DNA of 32,000 nt from Candidatus Fokinia solitaria. Lineage in GTDB: Bacteria > Pseudomonadota > Alphaproteobacteria > Rickettsiales > Midichloriaceae. The translations under genes and the position numbers were made by a program. Positions 1 to 9,420 of the stretch are shown here, piece after piece; the stretch's first letter is position 1, and every line of letters starts with the position of its first letter. Below the pieces are notes generated by a model, which was not told the origin of the DNA, did no database searches, and saw only the letters and a program-made list of their open reading frames with translations. The stretch lies in NCBI RefSeq assembly GCF_003072485.1, contig NZ_CP025989.1, forward strand, positions 600,001 through 632,000. Direction: 5' to 3'.

Positions 1-1
1 A

Positions 2-463
2 AAAATGCTGCCACATTATAATACTCTTCCAACTATCATCGAATTAAGATCTCCTACAAAATTTATATCAAGACTCTTAGACGGCAAAACAAGTGTACCG
101 CAAAACATTCAAAACACTTTAGGATACGATAAAATCGTCAGTGCACTGCCTCCTAAGATAGAATCTTGCATAGCCTTATTTTGTGACGTCATGACATATC
201 ATGCGAATTGGCTTACGCTACTATCAAATATGTGCAAAAAACTCTCGCAAAATTCACAAATAATCGTCACATTTCGCACTTTAGAAGGTATCACTGGTAC
301 ACTATATCATCAAGAACATATGATGTTATACGAAGAAGAATTTGTGAAGAATGCACTTTCAAGTATTGGAATAACAACTGAAAATTCATACCATATCGAT
401 AATTATGCGATTTTATCAGATAAAAAGTACGAAACTGTGCTATTAATAGCAAAGAAACTTTAG
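2..463 (+). CDS. C-terminal part of a possible SAM-dependent methyltransferase-like protein (probably truncated at the window edge)
   Basis: ORF is open from the window edge to the stop at 463, and the first Met at 5 may be internal. The pattern 'YDKIVSALPP..CDVMTYHANWLTLLSNMCKKLSQNSQIIVTFRT' loosely resembles the late strands of a Rossmann methyltransferase. No catalytic motif is visible. Confidence 0.3.
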   Translation, partial: KMLPHYNTLPTIIELRSPTKFISRLLDGKTSVPQNIQNTLGYDKIVSALPPKIESCIALFCDVMTYHANWLTLLSNMCKKLSQNSQIIVTFRTLEGITGTLYHQEHMMLYEEEFVKNALSSIGITTENSYHIDNYAILSDKKYETVLLIAKKL

Positions 464-502
464 TTATGATGAATTGTACGAAAACTGCATTTTAATAGCA
501 TT

Positions 503-2575
503 GTGAAATCACAAATTATACAATTTCTTCAAAATATAGGAAAAGAATATGAACAGCATAATTTATGCTTCGTTTCCGATTATTCCATTGATAGCGCAGA
601 GTTATTTGAATTAATTATCAAGGAAAAATTGCTATGCTGTAATTCAATTACATTCATCAGTTGTTGCGATTTTCTGAGTAATGCTACAACTAAAACATTA
701 TGTAGTACGTACGACACAAATTTATTGCAAGTCTCATCGATATTAAATCGTAACAGCACAAAACAACTCATATCAATGCAAGATGCTATTCTCGCTACAG
801 CTTTATATTGCAAATCACGCAACTTAACATATACGTCTAATGATACCTATAATCAATTTGTGCTATATAAAAACGATGATGATTTCAAAACTTTCATCGA
901 AGCTGTATGCGACAGCAGAAATGTATATTCTCCATGGCAAATACTAGAATCGATGGAAGGCTGCATTATGATCGCAGTAGAACCAATTAATAACAGATGC
1001 TTACTAAGAAATTTTTCAAAATATCACATAAAATATGAGATAACTGCTGCACAGAAGTATCTCGAGAACTCGATATCTCTCAAAGATCACAGATTAAATA
1101 AAAAACACGTATATATCATTTCTGATGATGATAAGTACATAAATTTGGTAATAGCAAAATTATGTGATGCCACTTCAGTACCAAAGCAGTCTGCAGAAAT
1201 TCTGAGTAAGATGAAGTATATTTTAGCTTCTTTAGAAAGAAGTGAATATCATTATAGCACGCTTATTACAATATTACTTGCAAGTGATATTAGTAAATCT
1301 TTCATATTTAAATTATCGCACATATTACGAGGAAAGAACTTTATATACATCGAGCAAATCGCAAATTTTCTAGAAAATGATCCGTCTCTCTCAGAGGAAC
1401 ATGATATACAAAGAGTAATAACGATCGCAAAATTTATACAAACGCTACTAGATAATCTAGAAAATGGAGTAATGACTACTCTAAGTATCATATTCGAATT
1501 AGCGAAAGCTCTCAATGATACATCTTCTTCCGAAAGTGATGAGTATATATCAAAAACGTTGGATGATATTTCACAGTTATACAACTTCATTGAACACGAT
1601 GCACTAGATCTTCGAAAGCTTGTCGATGCACTACAGGTCACAAGTAGTACAACTACGACGCACTGTCAAAATATCTTCTTTCACTCTATTCACGATTTTC
1701 TGAAAATAGACGATATTGATACAAACTGTATCATATACTTTCCGTTAAACAAGAATACAGCAACTGCACAGCTAAGTATGGAAAGTTATAAAGTTATACA
1801 GCTAGTACTTAATAAACAAAGAGAATGTATCATAGGATACGATAGAGATCGTTCTCTGCAAGCGCTTCAAGCGGAAAAGGTTCACTCATTCTGCTTACGC
1901 GTTCCATTTTTTTTATCTTCGCGTAAATTCTTTAGTCTCGTACATTATCCGGAGCAGTACTATATCACAGCACATAGTAATCAAGATATTGGCTTGAAAT
2001 TATATTCTTTCGGTAAAAAAGAATTGGAGAAAATCTGTGAAAAATCGTTATTTAGCGAAGTTCTTTACGAAGAAGAAAGTGAAGCTATTAATTTCCTACA
2101 GTTACATATACCTCAAGTATCTGATAGCATGGAATATTACAATGCAGAAATATCATGTAATGCTCAGAATATAAAGCTACGAGCAAAAATCTACGGACTT
2201 TTTGTACAAGATAATAAGATGAAATTTACCTATTTTGCAAAATCTTTACCTCAATACTCCAGTGACAATTCATATGCAAAAGAATGTAAAGAGAATCACG
2301 ACTACGAATTGCTATTTAAAGCTGTAGTAGGATATTCAAGTCAACTTGAATCGAAACTTGACGATATGATAATAGTAGATTCTTATTCTATCGAAAACTC
2401 TATAAATGAATGTTATATAAGAAATGAGATAATACATCTCTCGTATAAAGAAAGCTTGGAAGTATTACAAAACGTGCTAACATTTTACTGTGGAAAAGAG
2501 TCTAAAAAATTAAATCTAGATCATGAAAAGCATATCAAGTACCCTCTCTTTTACAGAAAAGCAAGAAAATGGTAA
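503..2575 (+). CDS. Hypothetical protein, 690 aa, no family recognised
   Basis: Long uninterrupted ORF with GTG start. Composition looks protein-like, and the antisense and other-frame ORFs across it are short. Confidence 0.75.
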   Translation: MKSQIIQFLQNIGKEYEQHNLCFVSDYSIDSAELFELIIKEKLLCCNSITFISCCDFLSNATTKTLCSTYDTNLLQVSSILNRNSTKQLISMQDAILATALYCKSRNLTYTSNDTYNQFVLYKNDDDFKTFIEAVCDSRNVYSPWQILESMEGCIMIAVEPINNRCLLRNFSKYHIKYEITAAQKYLENSISLKDHRLNKKHVYIISDDDKYINLVIAKLCDATSVPKQSAEILSKMKYILASLERSEYHYSTLITILLASDISKSFIFKLSHILRGKNFIYIEQIANFLENDPSLSEEHDIQRVITIAKFIQTLLDNLENGVMTTLSIIFELAKALNDTSSSESDEYISKTLDDISQLYNFIEHDALDLRKLVDALQVTSSTTTTHCQNIFFHSIHDFLKIDDIDTNCIIYFPLNKNTATAQLSMESYKVIQLVLNKQRECIIGYDRDRSLQALQAEKVHSFCLRVPFFLSSRKFFSLVHYPEQYYITAHSNQDIGLKLYSFGKKELEKICEKSLFSEVLYEEESEAINFLQLHIPQVSDSMEYYNAEISCNAQNIKLRAKIYGLFVQDNKMKFTYFAKSLPQYSSDNSYAKECKENHDYELLFKAVVGYSSQLESKLDDMIIVDSYSIENSINECYIRNEIIHLSYKESLEVLQNVLTFYCGKESKKLNLDHEKHIKYPLFYRKARKW

Positions 2576-2864
2576 TGATATTCTTTTTCAAAGCGGAATC
2601 ATTACACATTGGAAAGATATAGTAGGTAACGATATAGGTAAACATACAATGCCTGTGAAATTATCCTATACCGCAAACTTAACACTTGGAATGTCAGCAC
2701 AACAACATGAGATGTTACAGAAAAAAAGAACATGTATACTGATCTTAAAATTGTATAATCCAAGCTTTGTATTAACAATTAAGCTAAATGAGCAACTGAT
2801 AATAGAGAGAGTAAATACATATATAGGAGAATCTCTTATATCTTCTATTTCTTGCAATATTTAG
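2523..2864 (+). CDS. dciA: DUF721/DciA-family protein (putative replicative helicase loader)
   Basis: 'ITHWKDIVGNDIGKHTMPVKLSYTANLTL' plus 'CILILKLYNPSFVLTIKLNEQLIIERVNTYIGESLISSI' match the DUF721 pattern W..iVG..ia.ht.P..l....L.v.v.........l......i...ig. Overlaps the upstream ORF by 53 nt. Confidence 0.6.
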   Translation: MKSISSTLSFTEKQENGNDILFQSGIITHWKDIVGNDIGKHTMPVKLSYTANLTLGMSAQQHEMLQKKRTCILILKLYNPSFVLTIKLNEQLIIERVNTYIGESLISSISCNI

Positions 2865-2869
2865 AACAG

Positions 2870-3442
2870 TCAGAACAACAACTCTAAACAATATCTAGTC
2901 ATTAGCACAATCAATCCTGCATAAATACCGGCAATAACATCGTCGAACATTATACCAAATGCGCTATGCATATTTGCGTCTATCTTACGTATTGGAAATG
3001 GCTTCGCAATATCAAAGATTCTAAACAATATAAAAGCAGGAATAAACTCAGCAAAATATGCATCTACTATTTCAATAGCAAACTTTGTACGTAAAAAGAT
3101 TAGATCTTGAGAACAGATTGACAAGCATACCGTTATGCCAAGCACTTCATCTATCACTATAAAACTCGCATCAGCTTTTTCATTATGAATCTTGCCGTAA
3201 TTTTTCCAAAAAGTAATAGATAGCAATCCTATTATAAAAATGAATACGCTTATTTCAAACAGTACCACTGCAATTCTCCAATAATCACAGTTCATCCTTA
3301 CAATAGCGTATATCGGAAATCCTATTAAAGTGCCGATTGTACCACTTGCAATAGGGAAATATCCGACGCCAAAACAAGTATTTAGAACAATAGCGGCTTT
3401 ATAAGCTATTCTTTTACAAGTTAAAAAAATTACTCTTTTCAT
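2870..3442 (-). CDS. pgpA: Phosphatidylglycerophosphatase A
   Basis: 'GVGYFPIASGTIGTL', 'VIDEVLG', 'FILFRIFDIAKPFPI' and 'GIMFDDVIAGIYAG' are PgpA signatures. The ORF track starts at 3472; a Met at 3442 ('MKRVIFLTCK') is an alternative start. Confidence 0.9.
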   Translation of the reverse strand: MKRVIFLTCKRIAYKAAIVLNTCFGVGYFPIASGTIGTLIGFPIYAIVRMNCDYWRIAVVLFEISVFIFIIGLLSITFWKNYGKIHNEKADASFIVIDEVLGITVCLSICSQDLIFLRTKFAIEIVDAYFAEFIPAFILFRIFDIAKPFPIRKIDANMHSAFGIMFDDVIAGIYAGLIVLMTRYCLELLF

Positions 3443-4196
3443 TATCCGAACGTGTGAAAATTTTACATCCATTTTTTGTTACGCCTATAGTATGCTCAAA
3501 CTGTGCGGATAATGTACGATCTTTAGTAATTACCGTCCATCCATCCTTCATCAAAGCAGTTTCAGCTTTACCAACGTTAAGCATCGGCTCAATTGTGATG
3601 CACATCCCTTCTTCTAATATCACCTGTGCTGCATCTTCGCAGTAGTAATGAGGCACTATAGGAGCATCATGAAATACACGTCCTATACCATGACCACAAT
3701 ACTCATGAACAACTGAGTATCCGTATTTTTTCGCCTCTTCTTGAATAACCGTTCCTATATCAGAAAGCTTTATACCAGATCTTACAACGCTTATTCCTTT
3801 CATCATTGCATTATACGTCACTTGTGTAAGTCTTTTTGCGATAACAGGGACAGCATCGCTTACAAAATATGTACGACTTGCGTCAGCATACCAACCATCC
3901 AGTATTATTGTGATATCCACATTCAGTATATCTGTAGCTTGTAGTCTCTTATCTCTTGATGGAATACCATGACAAACGACATGATTTACTGAAGTGCACA
4001 CGGATTTCGGAAAACCGTTATACCCTAAGGAAGCCGATTTTGCGCCCGCAGCTGCAATTCTTTCAACACAAAAATCATCAATATCAGCTGTAGAAATACC
4101 ACTTTTTATAAAATCACTCAACTCATCCAATATAGATGCTACCAATTTGCCAGCTTTCTCCATATATTCGAAATCTACAAGAGAATATTTATTCAT
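3414..4196 (-). CDS. map: Type I methionine aminopeptidase
   Basis: 'NHVVCHGIPS', 'DGWYADASRTYFV', 'EYCGHGIGRVFHDAPIV' and 'EEGMCITIEPML' are the MetAP metal-ligand motifs. The track start is 4220; the Met at 4196 lies just after the alaS stop. Confidence 0.93.
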   Translation of the reverse strand: MNKYSLVDFEYMEKAGKLVASILDELSDFIKSGISTADIDDFCVERIAAAGAKSASLGYNGFPKSVCTSVNHVVCHGIPSRDKRLQATDILNVDITIILDGWYADASRTYFVSDAVPVIAKRLTQVTYNAMMKGISVVRSGIKLSDIGTVIQEEAKKYGYSVVHEYCGHGIGRVFHDAPIVPHYYCEDAAQVILEEGMCITIEPMLNVGKAETALMKDGWTVITKDRTLSAQFEHTIGVTKNGCKIFTRSDNEKSNFFNL

Positions 4197-4197
4197 T

Positions 4198-6870
4198 CTA
4201 TGATCTATATAATTCAACAAAACAATCTAATAATCGACGAGAAGTAAAACGAGTTTCTATATTACCTATAGTAGCGGTAAATGCATTACCTCCCCCTTTA
4301 CCTCCTGTAATATCAAGCATCTCATCAGCAATATCTTTAGCGGTAACGCTATTTTCTAGAGAAATCGCAAATACATCTAAGAGTGCAATATTTGAAGCTA
4401 CGTTATACTGATATATCAAAAATATCTTTGGAAGAACATTACATGCGTTTAATCTCTTCTTTATTTCTCTTGCAGCTTCAGATAGTGCAACTTTAGAAGG
4501 CCCTTCTATGCATACAGCATAAATATATGCACTGATTGCGCCAGAAAACACAAACTCTTGTTCGCTAACATCAGCTTTATTTATAATTTCCTTTACTCGA
4601 AGAGTATTAACTTCCTTTTCTAGAGATTTATAATCACATTGCAAAGCCTTTACTCTATCCGATAATTCATCAGCTTTACACTTCAGAAGTAGCGCGCTTG
4701 TTTTAACAATTTCATCAAATGTACTAAACAAATTAAATGCAGACTCAGCTGTCACGCATTCAATCCTTCTAATACCGGATGCAACTGCAGATTCTCCAAC
4801 TATTTTAAAGATTCCTATTTCTCCAGTACTATTCACGTGTGTTCCACAGCACAATTCTGCAGAACTACCAATTCGAACAACTCTCACTTCATCACCATAT
4901 AGCTCTTCTGCTAAACTCAAGACACCATCCTGCATAGCAGTATTATAATCAGTATTTGTGATTATAACCGTGAGATTCTCTCTTATTACAGCATTGACTC
5001 TTGTTTCTATCATCAATCTTTGTTCATTGGAAAGCGGCACATCTGATGCAAAATCAAATCTCAATCTTTCGGATGTTACAGATGAACCTTTTTGAACAAT
5101 GTGCGTACCAAGTATATCACGCATTACTTTTTGCATAATATGAGTGGCAGAATGATTTGCAGCGATCTTTTTTCTTCTTACATAATTTACTGAAAGTACC
5201 GCAGTATCAGCATTACTTAGAATGTCATATATCCCTTCTCGAGGCGCTAATACATGTCCTATTACATCAGAAATTACAATCGTGTTTATAATTGCCAATT
5301 TCTCTCCATTAATTATGACATAGCCACTATCTCCCGTTTGTCCACCGGACTCCGGATAAAACGGAGTAGCGTCAAAAACTACAATATAAGATTCTTTATC
5401 TACTATCTTGTGATAGCCTATAATCTTCGCTGTATATAAGTCTTCATCAGATGTTACTTGATAGCACATCATTTCAGATATGTGACCACTCTCTTTTAAC
5501 TTCAACATAAAGTGCTCGACATCAGTATTTTGACTATCTCCAAAACTTGAGTTGATTTTAGATCTCTGTTTCTGCTGCAAAAGTAGTAATTCAAATCTCT
5601 CTTCCTCTACCTGCATATTGTGCTCTTTCGCAGTATCTTTTATTATGTCGTACGGAAAGCCATATGTATCATGTAGCTGAAACACCACATCTCCACTTAG
5701 CACGTTTTGCTCTCCTGCAGGAAGCTTTAAGAGATGCTCTTGCAGTATTCGCATGCCTACGGTAAGAGTCGTACCGAAACGCTCTTCTTCTTTTCTGATA
5801 TCAACGGAAATTTGCGGATTATACGTAACAGTACACACTTCGCTCATTCTGTTCATCACCACTACAGCGACAATATCAAGTATAGGCTCTTTAATACCAT
5901 GCATATACAAATATCTCATTGCTCTTCTGATAATTCGCCTCAATACGTAACCACGTCCTTCATTCGATACAGAAACATTATCGTACATCATAAAACACGC
6001 CGCTCTCATATGATCTGCAACTATCTTCAGCATACGTTTTGATTCAAGAGGAAGTTGATGCCAATCACTATAGCGCTCAAAGTAACCTATATCTCGTATT
6101 GCTGCGAAAATGCCATCGATAATATCCAAGAAAATATCTATATGAAAGTTGTCCGTAACACCCTGCAATGCCGCTGCTAATCTTTCTACACCTATGCCAG
6201 TATCAATACATTTCTTCGGCAACTCTATCAACTTTCCATCACATAACTTCTCATATTGCATAAAAACTAAACTCCATATCTCGACGAAACGATCTCCATC
6301 GACTCCGTATTCAGAGATTGAGTAATTAAATTCTTCTCCATTATCATAAAAAATATCCATACAAGGACCGCAAGGACCATCATTTCCCATCGACCAAAAA
6401 TTATCATTACTTTTGATTTTTAATATCTTACTCTCTGAGAAATTCGTAATTTTTCTACATAAATCGAATGCTTCTTCATCATCATGGTATACAGATATCA
6501 TCAACTTATTTTTATTTATCCCTAGCTCTTCCAAAAACTTCCAAGCATACAGTATAGCTTCTTCCTTGAAATAATTATCGAATGAAAAATTTCCAAGCAT
6601 CTGAAAAAATGTATGATGTCTTGTAGTGTATCCTACATTTTCCAAATCATTATGCTTCCCCCCTGCTCTAACACATCTCTGACAAGTTGCTACACTTTTA
6701 TATAATGGCTCTTCCGCTCTCGTAAACCATTTCTTGAATTGCACCATGCCAGAGTTTACAAACATCATGGATGGATCGTTCTGTAACACGAGAGGACTAG
6801 AGTCTAGTATCTTATGATCTAAATTTTCAAAAAAAGATAAAAAACGATCTATCAGTTCTTTTGTTTTCAT
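4198..6870 (-). CDS. alaS: Alanyl-tRNA synthetase
   Basis: 'NDPSMMFVNSGMVQFKKWF', 'TCQRCVRAGGKHNDLENVGYTTRHHTFFQMLGNFSFDNYFK', 'NHSATHIMQKVMR'-type 'AANHSATHIMQ', 'ELCCGTHV' and 'DITGGKGGG'. The track start is 6927; the Met at 6870 ('MKTKELIDRFL') is the more likely start. Confidence 0.97.
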   Translation of the reverse strand: MKTKELIDRFLSFFENLDHKILDSSPLVLQNDPSMMFVNSGMVQFKKWFTRAEEPLYKSVATCQRCVRAGGKHNDLENVGYTTRHHTFFQMLGNFSFDNYFKEEAILYAWKFLEELGINKNKLMISVYHDDEEAFDLCRKITNFSESKILKIKSNDNFWSMGNDGPCGPCMDIFYDNGEEFNYSISEYGVDGDRFVEIWSLVFMQYEKLCDGKLIELPKKCIDTGIGVERLAAALQGVTDNFHIDIFLDIIDGIFAAIRDIGYFERYSDWHQLPLESKRMLKIVADHMRAACFMMYDNVSVSNEGRGYVLRRIIRRAMRYLYMHGIKEPILDIVAVVVMNRMSEVCTVTYNPQISVDIRKEEERFGTTLTVGMRILQEHLLKLPAGEQNVLSGDVVFQLHDTYGFPYDIIKDTAKEHNMQVEEERFELLLLQQKQRSKINSSFGDSQNTDVEHFMLKLKESGHISEMMCYQVTSDEDLYTAKIIGYHKIVDKESYIVVFDATPFYPESGGQTGDSGYVIINGEKLAIINTIVISDVIGHVLAPREGIYDILSNADTAVLSVNYVRRKKIAANHSATHIMQKVMRDILGTHIVQKGSSVTSERLRFDFASDVPLSNEQRLMIETRVNAVIRENLTVIITNTDYNTAMQDGVLSLAEELYGDEVRVVRIGSSAELCCGTHVNSTGEIGIFKIVGESAVASGIRRIECVTAESAFNLFSTFDEIVKTSALLLKCKADELSDRVKALQCDYKSLEKEVNTLRVKEIINKADVSEQEFVFSGAISAYIYAVCIEGPSKVALSEAAREIKKRLNACNVLPKIFLIYQYNVASNIALLDVFAISLENSVTAKDIADEMLDITGGKGGGNAFTATIGNIETRFTSRRLLDCFVELYRS

Positions 6871-6874
6871 AAGT

Positions 6875-7384
6875 CTACTTCGATGAGGAAAGAATAAGTA
6901 ACAACCTTCTTCCTTCCGCCTTAACATCAGAATCGATTTTAGAGTATTCCTTTAGATCCGCTTTCAAGCGATCTAAAAGCTTCATTCCAAGATCTTTATA
7001 CATAATCTCACGCCCTTTAAATTCAAGTATAATCTTCACCTTTTGAGAATCTTGAAGAAAACGAATAGCATTATTCAGTTTTACATCATAATCTCCTTTT
7101 GCAATATTAGGACGAAATTTGATCTCTTTGATTTCGACAAATTTTTGTTTTTTCTTCGTTTCCTGTAGCTTTTTCTGCTGTGCATACTTGTACTTGCCAA
7201 AATCTATTATCTTGCATACTGGTGGATCCATATTCGGAGATATCTCAACTAAATCCATTCCTGCATTTTGCGCCATTCTTAGTGCTTTTATTAAGTCAAA
7301 TCTGCCAAGCAGCACTCCATCGACACCAACTACTGCAACAACAGGAGCAGTAATCTGCTCATTAATTTTATTATTAACACTCAT
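6875..7384 (-). CDS. infC: Translation initiation factor IF-3
   Basis: 'NNKINEQITAPVVAVVGVDG', 'DLVEISPNMDPPVCKIIDFGKYKYAQQKK', 'KEIKFRPNIAKGDYDVKLNNAIRFL' and 'KVKIILEFKGREI' are typical IF-3. Confidence 0.97.
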   Translation of the reverse strand: MSVNNKINEQITAPVVAVVGVDGVLLGRFDLIKALRMAQNAGMDLVEISPNMDPPVCKIIDFGKYKYAQQKKLQETKKKQKFVEIKEIKFRPNIAKGDYDVKLNNAIRFLQDSQKVKIILEFKGREIMYKDLGMKLLDRLKADLKEYSKIDSDVKAEGRRLLLILSSSK

Positions 7385-7488
7385 TTAAATCGATCTGCGG
7401 AAAATCAATGATAGAAAAAAGAGTACAAAGAATCATACAATATATCATACTCCTCATAAAGCAATAACTGCACTCATGATATACGACA

Positions 7489-9387
7489 TCACTTTTGTTG
7501 TACATAATTACCGGGCGCACAACATATTTTCAATTTATCAATTGCACTAATTTCTTCTGCTGTGGTTTTTTCACCATTAAGCTTATTATCATTAAGCCAT
7601 TGAGTCAAATCCTCCCACCATGAACAATTAAATTTTGTCGCACTTTTACTCCAAAGATCAGGATCGCTATAATATTTATCGCAAACAAAGTATCCATACT
7701 TCTTCTTATGAGGAGGATTTACTATGCCAGCTACATGTCCTGATTCTGTCAGTACGAAACGACTCATTGCATTACTAGAACATAGTGAATGAGTCTTATG
7801 TACCGCTTTCCAAGGAGCTATATGATCCTCTTTTGCGGCAAGATTATATACAGGAATTGATATCTTATTTATATCTATATCAGTGTTCATACATGAGTAA
7901 GTACCTTTTACCAATTCATTATTTTGGTAAAAGCGTCGAAGATAATTTTTATGCATTTTAAACGGTAAACGAGTGCAATCAGCATTCCAGTACAGTATAT
8001 CAAAAGCTGAAGGCTGCTTACCTAACATGTAATTATTTACGTAATAATACCATAACATATCATTAGCCTTAAGCATACTAAACGTACTAAACATCGCATT
8101 ACCATCCAAGTATCCCTTTTTATTCATGTGCTTTTCTATCTCATTCAAGATCTGATTGTCTATGAAAACAGATACTTCTCCAGAATCTGAAAAATCAAGT
8201 AATGTAGTTAGAAGAGTAAGAGAATTAATTGGATTTTCTTGCTGAAGCTCCATATACGCCGCTACCACTGCAGATATAATACCACCTAAACAATATCCTA
8301 TAAGATTAATTTTTGCCTGCCCTGTAATTTCTTTTACCTTGCTTATCGCTTCCATTGCGCCATTTTTTATATAATCTTCCAAATCGACATCTCTATATGA
8401 TGCATCAGGATTGATCCAAGAAATTACAAAAACGGTATAACCTTGCTCCACTAAGTACGAAATAAATGAATTTTTCTGCTGTAAATCGAGTATATAGTAT
8501 TTATTAATCCATGCAGTACATATGAGAATTGGCACTGTAAAAACTGCTTCAGTTTTCGGATAATATCTAAGTAATTCAAACATTTTATTTTGAAATACTA
8601 CCACTCCTTTTGTATAAGCAATATTCTCTCCTACTTTAAACGCACCCTCAGGCACTGTACTAATCTGCACCCAAAAATCATCGTGTTTTTCTACATCATG
8701 TAAAAGATTCTTAGCGCCGTTTTTTAAATTCTCTCCTAGCGTACTTGCAATACTCTCAAGGATCTCTTGATTGTAAGATGCAAAGTTAGTAGGACGAAAA
8801 GTAAGTATCGTCTGCTTATAACAGAATTTCAAAAACTTCAACTCTTGAGTGGTAATCGTATTAGCTGCATTAGAAGATTTTTGTAAATTTTCATAATTTT
8901 CTACTGTTTTTACAATACTATTCGATATCTTATCATATGCTTCCAATATATCCCTAGAAGCTTTAGAATTGTTATCTTTGGAAAAGTCGCTAATATCAAA
9001 CGGAGAATTGTATATATTAAGGTAGTGCTCTAGAAAATACTTGTAAGATTCACTCACATAGCCATGCACATGTGGATGTAACTGCGCGCTGTAAAATGCA
9101 ACATTTTCCGGCATCATCCAAAATTTTCCATTTATAGCTATAAACTTCTCGTAAAACACACTTCCGATATCCATCATGAGGGAGTTTTTACTTAATTTCG
9201 TAAGTAATTTTACAAAAGCATAACTGTATAACAAAGATGATTGATACAGATTATTTTGAAGAGTTGAGATATTACAACAATTTTCGAGAGATTTCAGAGA
9301 ATTCTGCAAAAAGAACATGTAGTCCGCGCCGCGGCGATCAATACTGCTAAGGATAGTGTATTCTGTGTTAGTAAAATATGCAAGCAT
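7489..9387 (-). CDS. phaC: Class I poly(3-hydroxyalkanoate) synthase
   Basis: Lipase-box-like 'INLIGYCLGGI' (G-x-C-x-G-G), 'VFVISWINPDASYRDVDLEDYI', 'NLMLGKQPSAFDILYWNADCTRLP'-type 'NYMLGKQPSAFDILYWNADCTRLPFKMHKNYLR', 'KEDHIAPWKAV' and 'TESGHVAGIVNPP'. The real start may be an internal Met near 9318. Confidence 0.93.
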   Translation of the reverse strand: MLAYFTNTEYTILSSIDRRGADYMFFLQNSLKSLENCCNISTLQNNLYQSSLLYSYAFVKLLTKLSKNSLMMDIGSVFYEKFIAINGKFWMMPENVAFYSAQLHPHVHGYVSESYKYFLEHYLNIYNSPFDISDFSKDNNSKASRDILEAYDKISNSIVKTVENYENLQKSSNAANTITTQELKFLKFCYKQTILTFRPTNFASYNQEILESIASTLGENLKNGAKNLLHDVEKHDDFWVQISTVPEGAFKVGENIAYTKGVVVFQNKMFELLRYYPKTEAVFTVPILICTAWINKYYILDLQQKNSFISYLVEQGYTVFVISWINPDASYRDVDLEDYIKNGAMEAISKVKEITGQAKINLIGYCLGGIISAVVAAYMELQQENPINSLTLLTTLLDFSDSGEVSVFIDNQILNEIEKHMNKKGYLDGNAMFSTFSMLKANDMLWYYYVNNYMLGKQPSAFDILYWNADCTRLPFKMHKNYLRRFYQNNELVKGTYSCMNTDIDINKISIPVYNLAAKEDHIAPWKAVHKTHSLCSSNAMSRFVLTESGHVAGIVNPPHKKKYGYFVCDKYYSDPDLWSKSATKFNCSWWEDLTQWLNDNKLNGEKTTAEEISAIDKLKICCAPGNYVQQK

Positions 9388-9420
9388 ATAAAAATCAGCT
9401 TGCGCTGCATTAATAACAAT

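Noticed and set aside
3454-4411. Several plus-strand ORFs of 60-91 aa over map and alaS
   Set aside because: They are antisense shadows of strongly conserved minus-strand genes.
5254-6042. Plus-strand ORFs of 61, 102 and 65 aa inside alaS
   Set aside because: They are antisense to conserved alaS motifs and have no recognisable protein features.
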